Shown piece after piece: positions 7,666 through 15,662 of a stretch of 32,000 bases of DNA. Positions within the stretch are counted from its first letter, which is position 1. Every line of letters begins with the position of its first letter. The stretch covers positions 1,140,001-1,172,000 of the forward strand of contig NZ_CP074694.1 of NCBI RefSeq assembly GCF_018398935.1, read 5' to 3'. The translations under genes were made by a program, and so were the position numbers. The notes under the pieces were generated by a model. It made no database searches and was not told where the DNA came from. It saw only the letters and a list, made by a program, of their open reading frames with translations. The stretch is from Telmatocola sphagniphila. Its GTDB lineage: Bacteria; Planctomycetota; Planctomycetia; Gemmatales; Gemmataceae.

Positions 7666-8477
7666 TATTTAGGCACCCCCAATTGTTCGCGCTGTGAAGC
7701 CGGTACGAGGCTCTTATCGGCGATCTGCGAGTATTGCAAAGCTCGAACGTAAGAGACAATCGCCCAACGATCGATCGGCTTGGTCATGTGCCCATAGGGA
7801 GACATGGTGTTCTTTCCCATGGTGATCGTGTTGAAGATTTCGCCATCGGCCATTTCCCGCAGCCGATCCTGATGATAGCTGGCGATGCCGACCATGTTAT
7901 ATTTGCCAACGATACCCGCCGCTGTGTCTCCCTGGCCGCCATATCCGGAAAGGCCGTGGCACATCGAGCAGTTAATGGTGTATCGTTCCTTACCGCGAGC
8001 CAGTAATTTGTCCCATCCGCCCAGTTCGTCGATGGCTCTTTGCGGTATGTTTGTAATCCACTTGGGCTGCATTTCCTTGCGTTCTTTTTTCACGAGGACA
8101 GGCTTGCCGCCTTCGAGAACTGGCTTCCCGTCCGCTCCCATCTTCGGAGTCTCGTCGATCACCGTCACCTCGTGCATACCCTTGTAGCCGAAGTAGAAGT
8201 TCTCGTCTTCCTTGAGGAAGTCGGGGTTGTCGGCTTTAAGATATCCCGCATCGGCGAAGTAGTCGGCGCCGGAGTAAGCCACCGTCCCGGAAACGGGCAT
8301 GCGAGCCGAGCGTCCATCGCCGAAGAATCGGCTCTGGGACTGCGCGTAATACTTGCCCTGATACTTCATATCCCAGAACAAGTGCCGGGGACGATTAGTC
8401 GTCTTCTGTCCCCGGGCTCCGAGCATGGCCGCGATAACGGCCGCGAGTCCGAGAATAACCAGAATCATTCGCAACAT
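7665..8477 (-). CDS. actE: Alternative complex III monoheme cytochrome c subunit ActE.
   Basis: It has an N-terminal TM anchor, an FWDMKYQ...DGRSARMPVSGTVA segment and a single heme motif, NCSMCHGLSGYG. The C-terminal class-I cytochrome c fold is indicated by MSPYGH...IVSYVRALQ. Its position between actCD and actF supports the call. Confidence 0.85.
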   Translation of the reverse strand: MLRMILVILGLAAVIAAMLGARGQKTTNRPRHLFWDMKYQGKYYAQSQSRFFGDGRSARMPVSGTVAYSGADYFADAGYLKADNPDFLKEDENFYFGYKGMHEVTVIDETPKMGADGKPVLEGGKPVLVKKERKEMQPKWITNIPQRAIDELGGWDKLLARGKERYTINCSMCHGLSGYGGQGDTAAGIVGKYNMVGIASYHQDRLREMADGEIFNTITMGKNTMSPYGHMTKPIDRWAIVSYVRALQYSQIADKSLVPASQREQLGVPK

Positions 8478-8485
8478 AGTGTTTC

Positions 8486-10489
8486 TTACGCCTCCACTAC
8501 GGCAATGTTATAACCACCCAGCTCCTGGAGCTTGGCCGTGGTCTTGGCTTCGTTGTACATGGGATCCTTGGCTTCCACAGTGAGGAAGAAACCATTGTCC
8601 GTCGAGGCGGACATTCTTCGATACTGATCCAGCGGGTGGAACAGTCTCGGAAGTCCGCAAAGGCCGATGAGGCCGAGAACCGTAAAGATCCCGCTGATCA
8701 AGACTGTCAATTCAAAACAGATGGGAATAAAAGCTTCCCAGGCTCGATACAGCTTGCCCTGAACGATGGTCGGATACCACCAGGTCATCAAGCCGAATTG
8801 CATGATGATGGCGGTACTCAAACCGGTGATCGAGCCGCAAATGGTAATCCAGGGTACGGGAGACCGAGTCATACCGATCGCTCGAACCATACCGTGAACC
8901 GGATAGGGAGTATAGGCATCGAGCGACTTGTATCCGGCATCCCGGAGCGTCTCGGCCGCGTGACGAATTTCAGCAGGAGTATTAAACTCCGCCACAATCC
9001 CCCAGTTGACGCCCTTGCCACCTTCGGCTTTGAGCACGAGTTCATCCGCCGGCACTAACACTTTCGGTGTGGCCGGAGGCTGAGGACTATGATCCCCGTG
9101 AGGATGAGAGAAGGGAAGAACGCCCTTCACTTCCGACATGGCGATCATCGGCAGGAATCGGATGAACAGCAGAGTCAGCGTGAAGAACAGGCCGAAGTCT
9201 CCGAACATCTGAATCCAGTCCACATAAGAGGGATAGAAATTCCCCCAGGAACCGGGCAGCAGATCTTTGTGCAGCGATTGAACGATAATTACGAACCGTT
9301 CATACCACATACCGATGTTGACGAAGGTCACAATGATGAATGACTTCCAGGGAGTGGTACGCCAGGACTTCATCCAATACAGCTGGGGAATGAACAGGTT
9401 GCAGCTCACCATGATCCAGTAAGCCCACCAGTAGTTGCCGGTCGCACGATCAATGAAGGTCTGAATTTCGTTAACATCCCCACCGTACCAGGCAATGAAG
9501 AACTCCATTGCGTAGGCGTAACCCACCAGCGTTCCCGTAGCAAGGATGAACTTGGCCATAACGTCCATATGGCGTTCGGTAACGATGTGCCGAATGCCCG
9601 GATACATGGCTCGCACCGGGATCATGCACTGAAGCACCATCCCGAAACCCCCGAAGATCGCACCAGCCACGAAATAAGGCGGGAAGATCGTCGTGTGCCA
9701 GCCCGGTATGATCGAAGTGGCGAAGTCGAAGGACACCACCGAGTGGACTGACAGCACCAGGGGAGTCGAGAATCCGGCCAGGATCAGATAAGCAATTTCA
9801 TAGTGCCGCCAGTGGCGGGTTGACCCACGCCAGCCGAAGCTCAGTACGCCGAAAACTGTTTTGCGATACTTGTTGGTTGCACGATCGCGAAGGGTCGCGA
9901 GGTCGGGAACCAGACCGGTGTACCAGAACAAAAGAGAAATCGTGAAGTACGTCGAAACGGCGAACAAGTCCCACAGAAGAGCCGAACGAAAGTTCTGGAA
10001 GATCCAGTTGGCATTCGGCAGCGGGAACATGAACCAGGCGTACCAGAACCGCCCCACGTGAATACCAGGGTACACCCCAGCGCAAATCACGGCGAAAATC
10101 GTCATGGCTTCTGAGAAGCGGTTAATCGAGGTACGCCATTTCTGTCGGAACAGGAACAAAATGGCCGAGATCAATGTACCGGCGTGACCGATACCGATCC
10201 AGAACACGAAGTTCGTGATATCGAAGGCCCAACCTACCGGGATGTTCGATCCCCAGACTCCAACACCGGTCGAGATCAGGTAGACTGCAGACATGACGCC
10301 CGAAAGCAAAATCGTTGCGGACATCAAAAATGCAGGCCACCACCAATCAGGCTGCGCCTTTTCCGTGATGGAACTGATCGTCTGGGAAATCTTGTGGAAA
10401 TCCTGCTGGATCGGTTCCACCCACTGGATGCGAGGTAGAGTCTCACCGGAGTGCCCGCTGCCATGGGCCGTTTCGGCTGTACTGCTCAC
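8486..10489 (-). CDS. actC: Alternative complex III ActC (NrfD/PsrC-like quinol-interacting membrane subunit) fused in frame to ActD (DUF3341-type).
   Basis: A single 667-aa ORF. Residues ~1-455 are an NrfD-like polytopic domain (GHAGTLISAILFL, WHTTIFPPYFVAGAIFGG, NIGMWYERF). A His/Pro linker follows (SHPHGDHSPQPPATP, nt ~9014-9124). Residues ~493-667 match the ActD pattern (WGIVAEFNTPAEIRHAAETLRDAGYKSLDAYTPYPVHG plus 2 TM segments). The GTG start overlaps the actB TAG by 1 nt. Confidence 0.9.
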   Translation of the reverse strand: MSSTAETAHGSGHSGETLPRIQWVEPIQQDFHKISQTISSITEKAQPDWWWPAFLMSATILLSGVMSAVYLISTGVGVWGSNIPVGWAFDITNFVFWIGIGHAGTLISAILFLFRQKWRTSINRFSEAMTIFAVICAGVYPGIHVGRFWYAWFMFPLPNANWIFQNFRSALLWDLFAVSTYFTISLLFWYTGLVPDLATLRDRATNKYRKTVFGVLSFGWRGSTRHWRHYEIAYLILAGFSTPLVLSVHSVVSFDFATSIIPGWHTTIFPPYFVAGAIFGGFGMVLQCMIPVRAMYPGIRHIVTERHMDVMAKFILATGTLVGYAYAMEFFIAWYGGDVNEIQTFIDRATGNYWWAYWIMVSCNLFIPQLYWMKSWRTTPWKSFIIVTFVNIGMWYERFVIIVQSLHKDLLPGSWGNFYPSYVDWIQMFGDFGLFFTLTLLFIRFLPMIAMSEVKGVLPFSHPHGDHSPQPPATPKVLVPADELVLKAEGGKGVNWGIVAEFNTPAEIRHAAETLRDAGYKSLDAYTPYPVHGMVRAIGMTRSPVPWITICGSITGLSTAIIMQFGLMTWWYPTIVQGKLYRAWEAFIPICFELTVLISGIFTVLGLIGLCGLPRLFHPLDQYRRMSASTDNGFFLTVEAKDPMYNEAKTTAKLQELGGYNIAVVEA

Positions 10490-13400
10490 TAATGGGCCTC
10501 CTTCTTGACGACCTTACTCATATTTTCATTGAGATTTCGAAGTCTCGGCAGATAGCTGGTTCGAGGTTTCGTATTGCGGGAACCCAGCACGAGAAAATCG
10601 GCTTCTCGCTGCTTGAGCTGATACACCCGACTGTCGGTGTCGTTCACGTTACCGAATACGATCGCTTGGGAAGGACAAGCCTGCTGGCAAGCGACGTGAA
10701 TGAGACCGTCTGGACTGACGATCTTGGCTTCACCGTCGATCTGTCGGATATCGTAACCCCAGGCCATTGCATCTTCTTTGGTCTTGGGTTTGAGGTAATT
10801 CTTCTTGGCGGCTGCGACCTTGGCGCCAATCTTCCCCCGCTCGAGTCGCTGGATGCAGTAGGTGCATTTTTCCATGACGCCTCGCATACGAACGGTGACG
10901 TCGGGATTCTTCTGCATCTTCAGCGTTTCAGGAATTCCCTTAGGTGATAAACTTTCCGTATCGAGCCCTTCGTCAGAGTTGATCTGGCCAAGGAAAGTCG
11001 GGACTCGCAAGCTGTCTTGCTGCCGTTGATTGAAATCGAACCAGTTGAAGCGGCGTACCTTATAGGGGCAGTTGTTGGAGCAATACCGGGTTCCGATGCA
11101 GCGATTGAACACCTGAATGTTCAAACCTTCCGGGCTATGCACGGCCGCATTCACCGGGCAAACGGACTCGCAGGGAGCCCCTTCGCAATGCTGGCAGGCC
11201 ATCGGTTCGGTCACAACTCGAACGTCGTCGATACCGTCACCGAAGCCGCCTTCGGGTTCCATCGGGTTCGAGTTTAGTTCGACGTTCGTGAAATAGCGAT
11301 CCAATCGGATCCAATGCATTTCACGGTTGCGTTTCACTTCCCCCTTACCGACCACCGGAATGTTGTTTTCACTCTGGCAGGCAATCACGCAGGCACTGCA
11401 ACCGGTGCAGGTATTCAGGTCGATGACCATACCCCACTGATGGTGGCCGAGCAATTTTTCGGGATAGGAAACATCCAGCGAGATTCGTTTCTTTTCGTCC
11501 AGTTCACGAGCCACTTTGTAGCCGTATTGGAAGCGAAGTTTGGGATTGTCTTCGTGGTGCTCTGGATGAACACCTTCTCCCTTGCCATGACGCTCGCCGT
11601 TTTCGTGCTCTTCGCCATGGGGTTCCCCATGCTTGTGAAGCACCAGAGTTTCGTAGTCACTCAGAGTGAATTCCGAGACAACTTCGTCTCTTTCCGCTGG
11701 AATCGTGCTGTGTTCCTGAGTCGTCACCAGCTCGTAGAAACCGGTAATCTTGGTCACTTTCGCAGGTGCGAAATGGAGATCAACACTAGTGCGAATCGGA
11801 TAGACGTCAAAGCCACCCCCACCCTGCTGATGGCCGATCGATTTGCTGCCCTTGTAGCCGAGGGTCAAAGAGATCGAGTTGTCGGCATGGCCGGGAAGGA
11901 TGTAAGCGGGAACTTCGATGGACTTGGCACCGACTTCGATTTTCAGAAGCTGGCCCTGTTTGACCGAAAGCAGCTTGGAAGTCTTGTAGCTGATGATCGC
12001 CGCGTTATCCCATACCAGCTTGGTCATGGGATCGGGCAATTCCATCAACCAGCTGTTAGTGGAGTAACGACCGTCGAAAACGCTGTAGCTGGGATGGAAG
12101 GAGACTTCCATGTTGGATTCGGACACGGCCTGCGAAGGCTTCCAGCGTCCCACGGCATCCCCAAGAGTTGCTGCAATCGTCGGCTTGACGAAAGCCGGAG
12201 CACTGTCGGCCAGGAAGCCCGTGTGGAGGAAACGGCGAAACTCGATCGGTTCGGTTTTCTTGGAGCGGGCGGTGAAAGCCTTTTGAACGACTTCATAGGC
12301 TTTGTTTTGTGCAATCAGATAGCTGCTGGCTTTTTCGTAGCTGCTGAGTTGAATCAGCAACTCCAGAGCCGAGCGACCTTTATAAAGCGGCGCGATCAGG
12401 GGTTGAATCGAGCAGTAGTGCCCATCCGACGTTTCCGCATCCCCCCAACTCTCGAGGTAGTGGGCCATTGGCAGGTGCCAGGTGGCTTTCTTATCCGAAG
12501 GTTCGGTGAACAGACCAAGACGGATAACTGTCGGAACTTTAGCGAGTTGTTTGCTGAATTCCAGATCGGCAGGAGCGGTATATGCCGGATTGCTGCCGAG
12601 AATCAATAGAGTTTTGACTTCACCCTTGCCCATTGCGGAGGCTAGATCGCTGATCGAGCGATTGTTTTCCTCGGTAACCGGACGATAATCGACGGTGACA
12701 CCCACATTGCCCAAAGCTTCGTTGATGCTGGCAGCCAGAGCATGTACGAGTGGCGGTTGACGATGGCCGACTACCACCAGACTTTTGCCCTTGTATTCGA
12801 CCAGATCCTTGACGACTTCTTCGATCCAGATGCGATCGATTTGAATCGTGCTGGCTCCGGCTTTATCGACCGAAGCCTTCCAGCTCGCACTGGTTTTGGC
12901 CCCAATCTCTTTAGCGATGGCAACCGCATAGTCAGCGATGTTGGTGGCGGGTAACCGCAGGCGGTGATCCGCCATGGAGCCGGTAATGCTAAAACCGTTC
13001 TCCACAACGTAGAGTCGATTCAGTTTCTTCGAAATGTTGTGATCGTGCGAATGCAGGGCGTCGGTTCCTCGTCGGCCGGTCGCGTAGCCGAGCGAATTTG
13101 GAATAACCGAATCTTCAATTCCCAGAAAATCACAGTCGATCGACAAGATTCGCAATGCTTTTTCGAAGTGGTAGACCGGTTGCAAAGTCTGACCGAAAGC
13201 AATGTGAGTACCCTGGCGCGCCGGGCCAACCAGATCCACTGGTTCGTGAACGTACCAGGTAGCCTTGGGCATCACACTCTTTATGTGTTCCCGAACAAGT
13301 CGGATCGAGGGAGAAGGAAGGTCTTTCGCCAGAATTGCAAAGCCTTCTCCTTGCTTCTTCGCCACTTCCGAGAAGTAGTTGACAGCGAAAGCATCGAAGT

Positions 13401-13920
13401 CTTCCCAACTTTTGCTTTCCCCGTTATTCAGAACTTCACGGGATCGGTCGGGGGAGTAAATATCCAGGACAGAGGCTTGTGCAAAAGCGTCTGTTGATCC
13501 CTGGCTGGCGGGATGCTGGGGATTGCCCTCGATCTTGGTAGGCCGACCTTCATGGCTCTCGACGATGAGCGGGATGCAGCCGCCCGGCCGAGGCTGACAA
13601 GTCGCATAGAAACTGGGCAGGCCTGGAACAGGAGTATCGAGAGGACGATTATTCTCGTCCGTGGTCCGGGCGTAAGGCAGAATCTGCAAGTCGGGTCGAC
13701 GGCAGCCAGCCAACCCGGCCAAGCCCAAGCCAGCGACAGAGAGCGAAATGAACTGGCGGCGATTGAAACCACCAGTAACTTCCGCCTCGCCGGTCGATTC
13801 ATAGATATTGGCGAAACCGGGAAATTCCTGCTTGGTGAACGCTCGAAACTCCGGGGTGTCGGCCAGATCTTCCAGAGATTGCCAGTAAGGTTTCAAATTG
13901 TTGCTCTTTTCCAGACTCAT
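10489..13920 (-). CDS. actB: Alternative complex III subunit ActB: a molybdopterin-oxidoreductase-like domain fused to a 4Fe-4S ferredoxin-like domain, with a TAT signal.
   Basis: It carries a twin-arginine signal (FNRRQFISLSVAGLGLAGLAGC) and a large MopB-like N-terminal domain. The C-terminal domain has FeS cysteine clusters (CTGCSACVIACQSENNIP; CQHCEGAPCESVCP; CIGTRYCSNNCPYKVRRFN; CTYCIQR; CQQACP). I chose the ATG at 13920 because it overlaps the actA TGA (ATGA); the ORF track's start at 13938 is a TTG. Confidence 0.93.
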   Translation of the reverse strand: MSLEKSNNLKPYWQSLEDLADTPEFRAFTKQEFPGFANIYESTGEAEVTGGFNRRQFISLSVAGLGLAGLAGCRRPDLQILPYARTTDENNRPLDTPVPGLPSFYATCQPRPGGCIPLIVESHEGRPTKIEGNPQHPASQGSTDAFAQASVLDIYSPDRSREVLNNGESKSWEDFDAFAVNYFSEVAKKQGEGFAILAKDLPSPSIRLVREHIKSVMPKATWYVHEPVDLVGPARQGTHIAFGQTLQPVYHFEKALRILSIDCDFLGIEDSVIPNSLGYATGRRGTDALHSHDHNISKKLNRLYVVENGFSITGSMADHRLRLPATNIADYAVAIAKEIGAKTSASWKASVDKAGASTIQIDRIWIEEVVKDLVEYKGKSLVVVGHRQPPLVHALAASINEALGNVGVTVDYRPVTEENNRSISDLASAMGKGEVKTLLILGSNPAYTAPADLEFSKQLAKVPTVIRLGLFTEPSDKKATWHLPMAHYLESWGDAETSDGHYCSIQPLIAPLYKGRSALELLIQLSSYEKASSYLIAQNKAYEVVQKAFTARSKKTEPIEFRRFLHTGFLADSAPAFVKPTIAATLGDAVGRWKPSQAVSESNMEVSFHPSYSVFDGRYSTNSWLMELPDPMTKLVWDNAAIISYKTSKLLSVKQGQLLKIEVGAKSIEVPAYILPGHADNSISLTLGYKGSKSIGHQQGGGGFDVYPIRTSVDLHFAPAKVTKITGFYELVTTQEHSTIPAERDEVVSEFTLSDYETLVLHKHGEPHGEEHENGERHGKGEGVHPEHHEDNPKLRFQYGYKVARELDEKKRISLDVSYPEKLLGHHQWGMVIDLNTCTGCSACVIACQSENNIPVVGKGEVKRNREMHWIRLDRYFTNVELNSNPMEPEGGFGDGIDDVRVVTEPMACQHCEGAPCESVCPVNAAVHSPEGLNIQVFNRCIGTRYCSNNCPYKVRRFNWFDFNQRQQDSLRVPTFLGQINSDEGLDTESLSPKGIPETLKMQKNPDVTVRMRGVMEKCTYCIQRLERGKIGAKVAAAKKNYLKPKTKEDAMAWGYDIRQIDGEAKIVSPDGLIHVACQQACPSQAIVFGNVNDTDSRVYQLKQREADFLVLGSRNTKPRTSYLPRLRNLNENMSKVVKKEAH

Positions 13921-14570
13921 CGATGGCAACCTCCACAATTGTTCGGCGGATTGATCCCCAGCTTCTGCTTCAGATCAGCCCCTTCGCTATCAGAAGTTGA
14001 CTTGTACAGCATGTTGGTCACTTCTTCACGCGGACGCAGATGAACTTCTGCGTTGTAGTGGCAGTGCAAGCACCAGCCCATGCTCAATGCTTTTTCCTCG
14101 TAAACCACTTTCATCTCATTGATCTGCCCGTGGCAGCTGACGCAGCCGACGCCGCGAGCCACGTGAACGCTGTGGTTGAAGTAAGCGTACTCGGGAATTT
14201 TGTGAATTTTCTTCCATTCCACCGGTTTGCCCGACCGGTAACTTTCCCGAACCAGAGAAAGCAGCGGGCTCGCACCCTTGACATTTGCCTTCTCAGGATT
14301 GTGGCAGTTCATGCAGGTCTGACTGGTTGGCACCGTCGCATGTGGAGAGTTTTCCACATTCTGGTGACAGTACCGGCAGTCCATACCGAGTTGCCCGGCG
14401 TGAATCTGGTGGGAAAAGGGAACAGGTTGTTCGGGTTGATAGCCCACTCGCGTATAGCTGGGCTGAACGTAATAGTAGAAACCGAGTACGAAAAGAGTCA
14501 CCGCAAGCCCGGCCGCCAATCCGGCTTGCCGGATTGTTGTGTCGATGCTTCGCGAGAAAATGGCTGGCAA
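13917..14570 (-). CDS. actA: Alternative complex III pentaheme cytochrome c subunit ActA.
   Basis: It has an N-terminal TM anchor and five CXXCH motifs (CRYCH, CMNCH, CVSCH, CLHCH, CGGCH). The TTG start at 14570 is preceded by AGAGGAG, and there is no in-frame ATG or GTG nearby. Confidence 0.9.
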   Translation of the reverse strand: MPAIFSRSIDTTIRQAGLAAGLAVTLFVLGFYYYVQPSYTRVGYQPEQPVPFSHQIHAGQLGMDCRYCHQNVENSPHATVPTSQTCMNCHNPEKANVKGASPLLSLVRESYRSGKPVEWKKIHKIPEYAYFNHSVHVARGVGCVSCHGQINEMKVVYEEKALSMGWCLHCHYNAEVHLRPREEVTNMLYKSTSDSEGADLKQKLGINPPNNCGGCHR

Positions 14571-14728
14571 GTTCCTCGCTCCTCTCTAAGGCAAATTGGT
14601 TAAGCTTCGGCCCCATCTTTCGAATAGAGAGACCGAATTCCTGTCAGATTTCGTTAGCGATTCAAACAGTATATGAATACTGCTCTTTCTCTAACCGAAC
14701 CTAAACGCCACGGTTAACTGGTATAGAG

Positions 14729-14754
14729 CTTCCTTCCATTACTATGGAGGGAAA
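14729..14754 (-). terminator. Weak candidate hairpin downstream of the TauE/SafE gene and upstream of actA.
   Basis: cttccttcca (14729-14738) and tggagggaag (14745-14754) form a 10-bp stem with one G:U-type mismatch and a 6-nt loop. There is no U-tract on either strand. Confidence 0.2.
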
Positions 14755-14823
14755 GCCTACCGAAAAGCTGCTGTCTAAAATTATGAACAATGGGAAGGTT
14801 TTCTCAGATTCGGGAATGACGGC

Positions 14824-15636
14824 TCAAGGGCTCGTCGGTGCGAAAAATTGCTTGTAAAAGAGATAAATCGTCACGGTGCTTCCAATGAAGATAACGATTG
14901 TTCTCACCATTTCTTTCGAAAGTTTTTTTGCAATCACCGCCCCGAGATAGCCGCCAAGGATTGCGGTGAATGACATGGGGATCGCCATTTCCCACACTAT
15001 GATGCCTTTGAACAGGAAAATAATCAGCGTTACAAAATTGATGATTGACGCCAGAACTGTCTTCACGGCGTTGATCTCCACGATATTCGAAAATCCCATG
15101 TATCCGAGGGTACTGATCATGAGAATGCCGATGCCCGCGCCGAAGTAGCCGCCGTAGATTGAAATCAGAAATTGAAAACCGATGATCCACGAGAGTGTTC
15201 GCGACGAAGGTGCCTGGAAATGTTGAATTCCCGTCCAACGCTGGATCGGCTTCTGCAGTAAGAAAAGGAGCGTGGCGAGTAGCATCAGCCAGGGATAAAG
15301 TTCGCCGAATTGCACGGGGTAGAGAATCACGAGCAGCGATCCAATTACTGCCCCGAGGATACTCGGTCCGATCAGCTTGAGCAGTATGGGCCGGACGGGT
15401 TCTAGAAATCCACGGAAGGTCCACGCTCCCGCCAGTGAACCGGGCAGCAGTGCGAACGTCGAGGTTCCGTTCGCCAGTATAGGATTCATCGTTGTGAGTA
15501 ATGCTGGAAAAGTGAGAACGGTCCCACCTCCGGCAATCGAGTTCATCACCCCCGCCAGAAGGGCCGCGACGAGACAAAGCAGATAAGTAAAAAAACTATA
15601 TTCCAATGAAAAATCCTTCCCGGTAATTAGTACCAA
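14824..15636 (-). CDS. TauE/SafE (TSUP) family anion-exporter-like membrane protein.
   Basis: This is a polytopic protein with the family-typical N-terminal motif GVMNSIAGGGTVLTFPALL and an internal repeat, GYFGAGIGILMISTLGY. The track's start at 15636 is a TTG. An alternative TTG at 15606 is preceded by GGAAGGA. Confidence 0.85.
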   Translation of the reverse strand: MVLITGKDFSLEYSFFTYLLCLVAALLAGVMNSIAGGGTVLTFPALLTTMNPILANGTSTFALLPGSLAGAWTFRGFLEPVRPILLKLIGPSILGAVIGSLLVILYPVQFGELYPWLMLLATLLFLLQKPIQRWTGIQHFQAPSSRTLSWIIGFQFLISIYGGYFGAGIGILMISTLGYMGFSNIVEINAVKTVLASIINFVTLIIFLFKGIIVWEMAIPMSFTAILGGYLGAVIAKKLSKEMVRTIVIFIGSTVTIYLFYKQFFAPTSP

Positions 15637-15662
15637 GGAGGGATACGAAAATTACACGAGTC

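Noticed and set aside
11314-12609. A 431-aa ORF on the plus strand.
   Set aside because: It lies entirely antisense to actB, whose product has clear TAT, MopB-like and FeS motifs. The antisense translation is low-complexity with no recognisable motifs, so it is a typical shadow ORF.
14571-14823. I looked for an FNR/Anr box (TTGAT-N4-ATCAA) or another clear O2-responsive operator upstream of actA. I found ATTCA-N9-TGAAT (14660-14678) and a TATACT -10-like hexamer on the minus strand.
   Set aside because: No canonical FNR half-sites are present. The 5-bp inverted repeat is short and AT-rich enough to occur by chance, and no convincing -35 element lies at the proper spacing. That is not enough to call a promoter or operator.
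14804-15577. A 257-aa minus-strand ORF overlapping the TauE/SafE gene in another frame.
   Set aside because: Its translation is Arg/Ser/Gly-rich and non-membrane. The alternative frame gives a coherent polytopic TSUP protein with family motifs.
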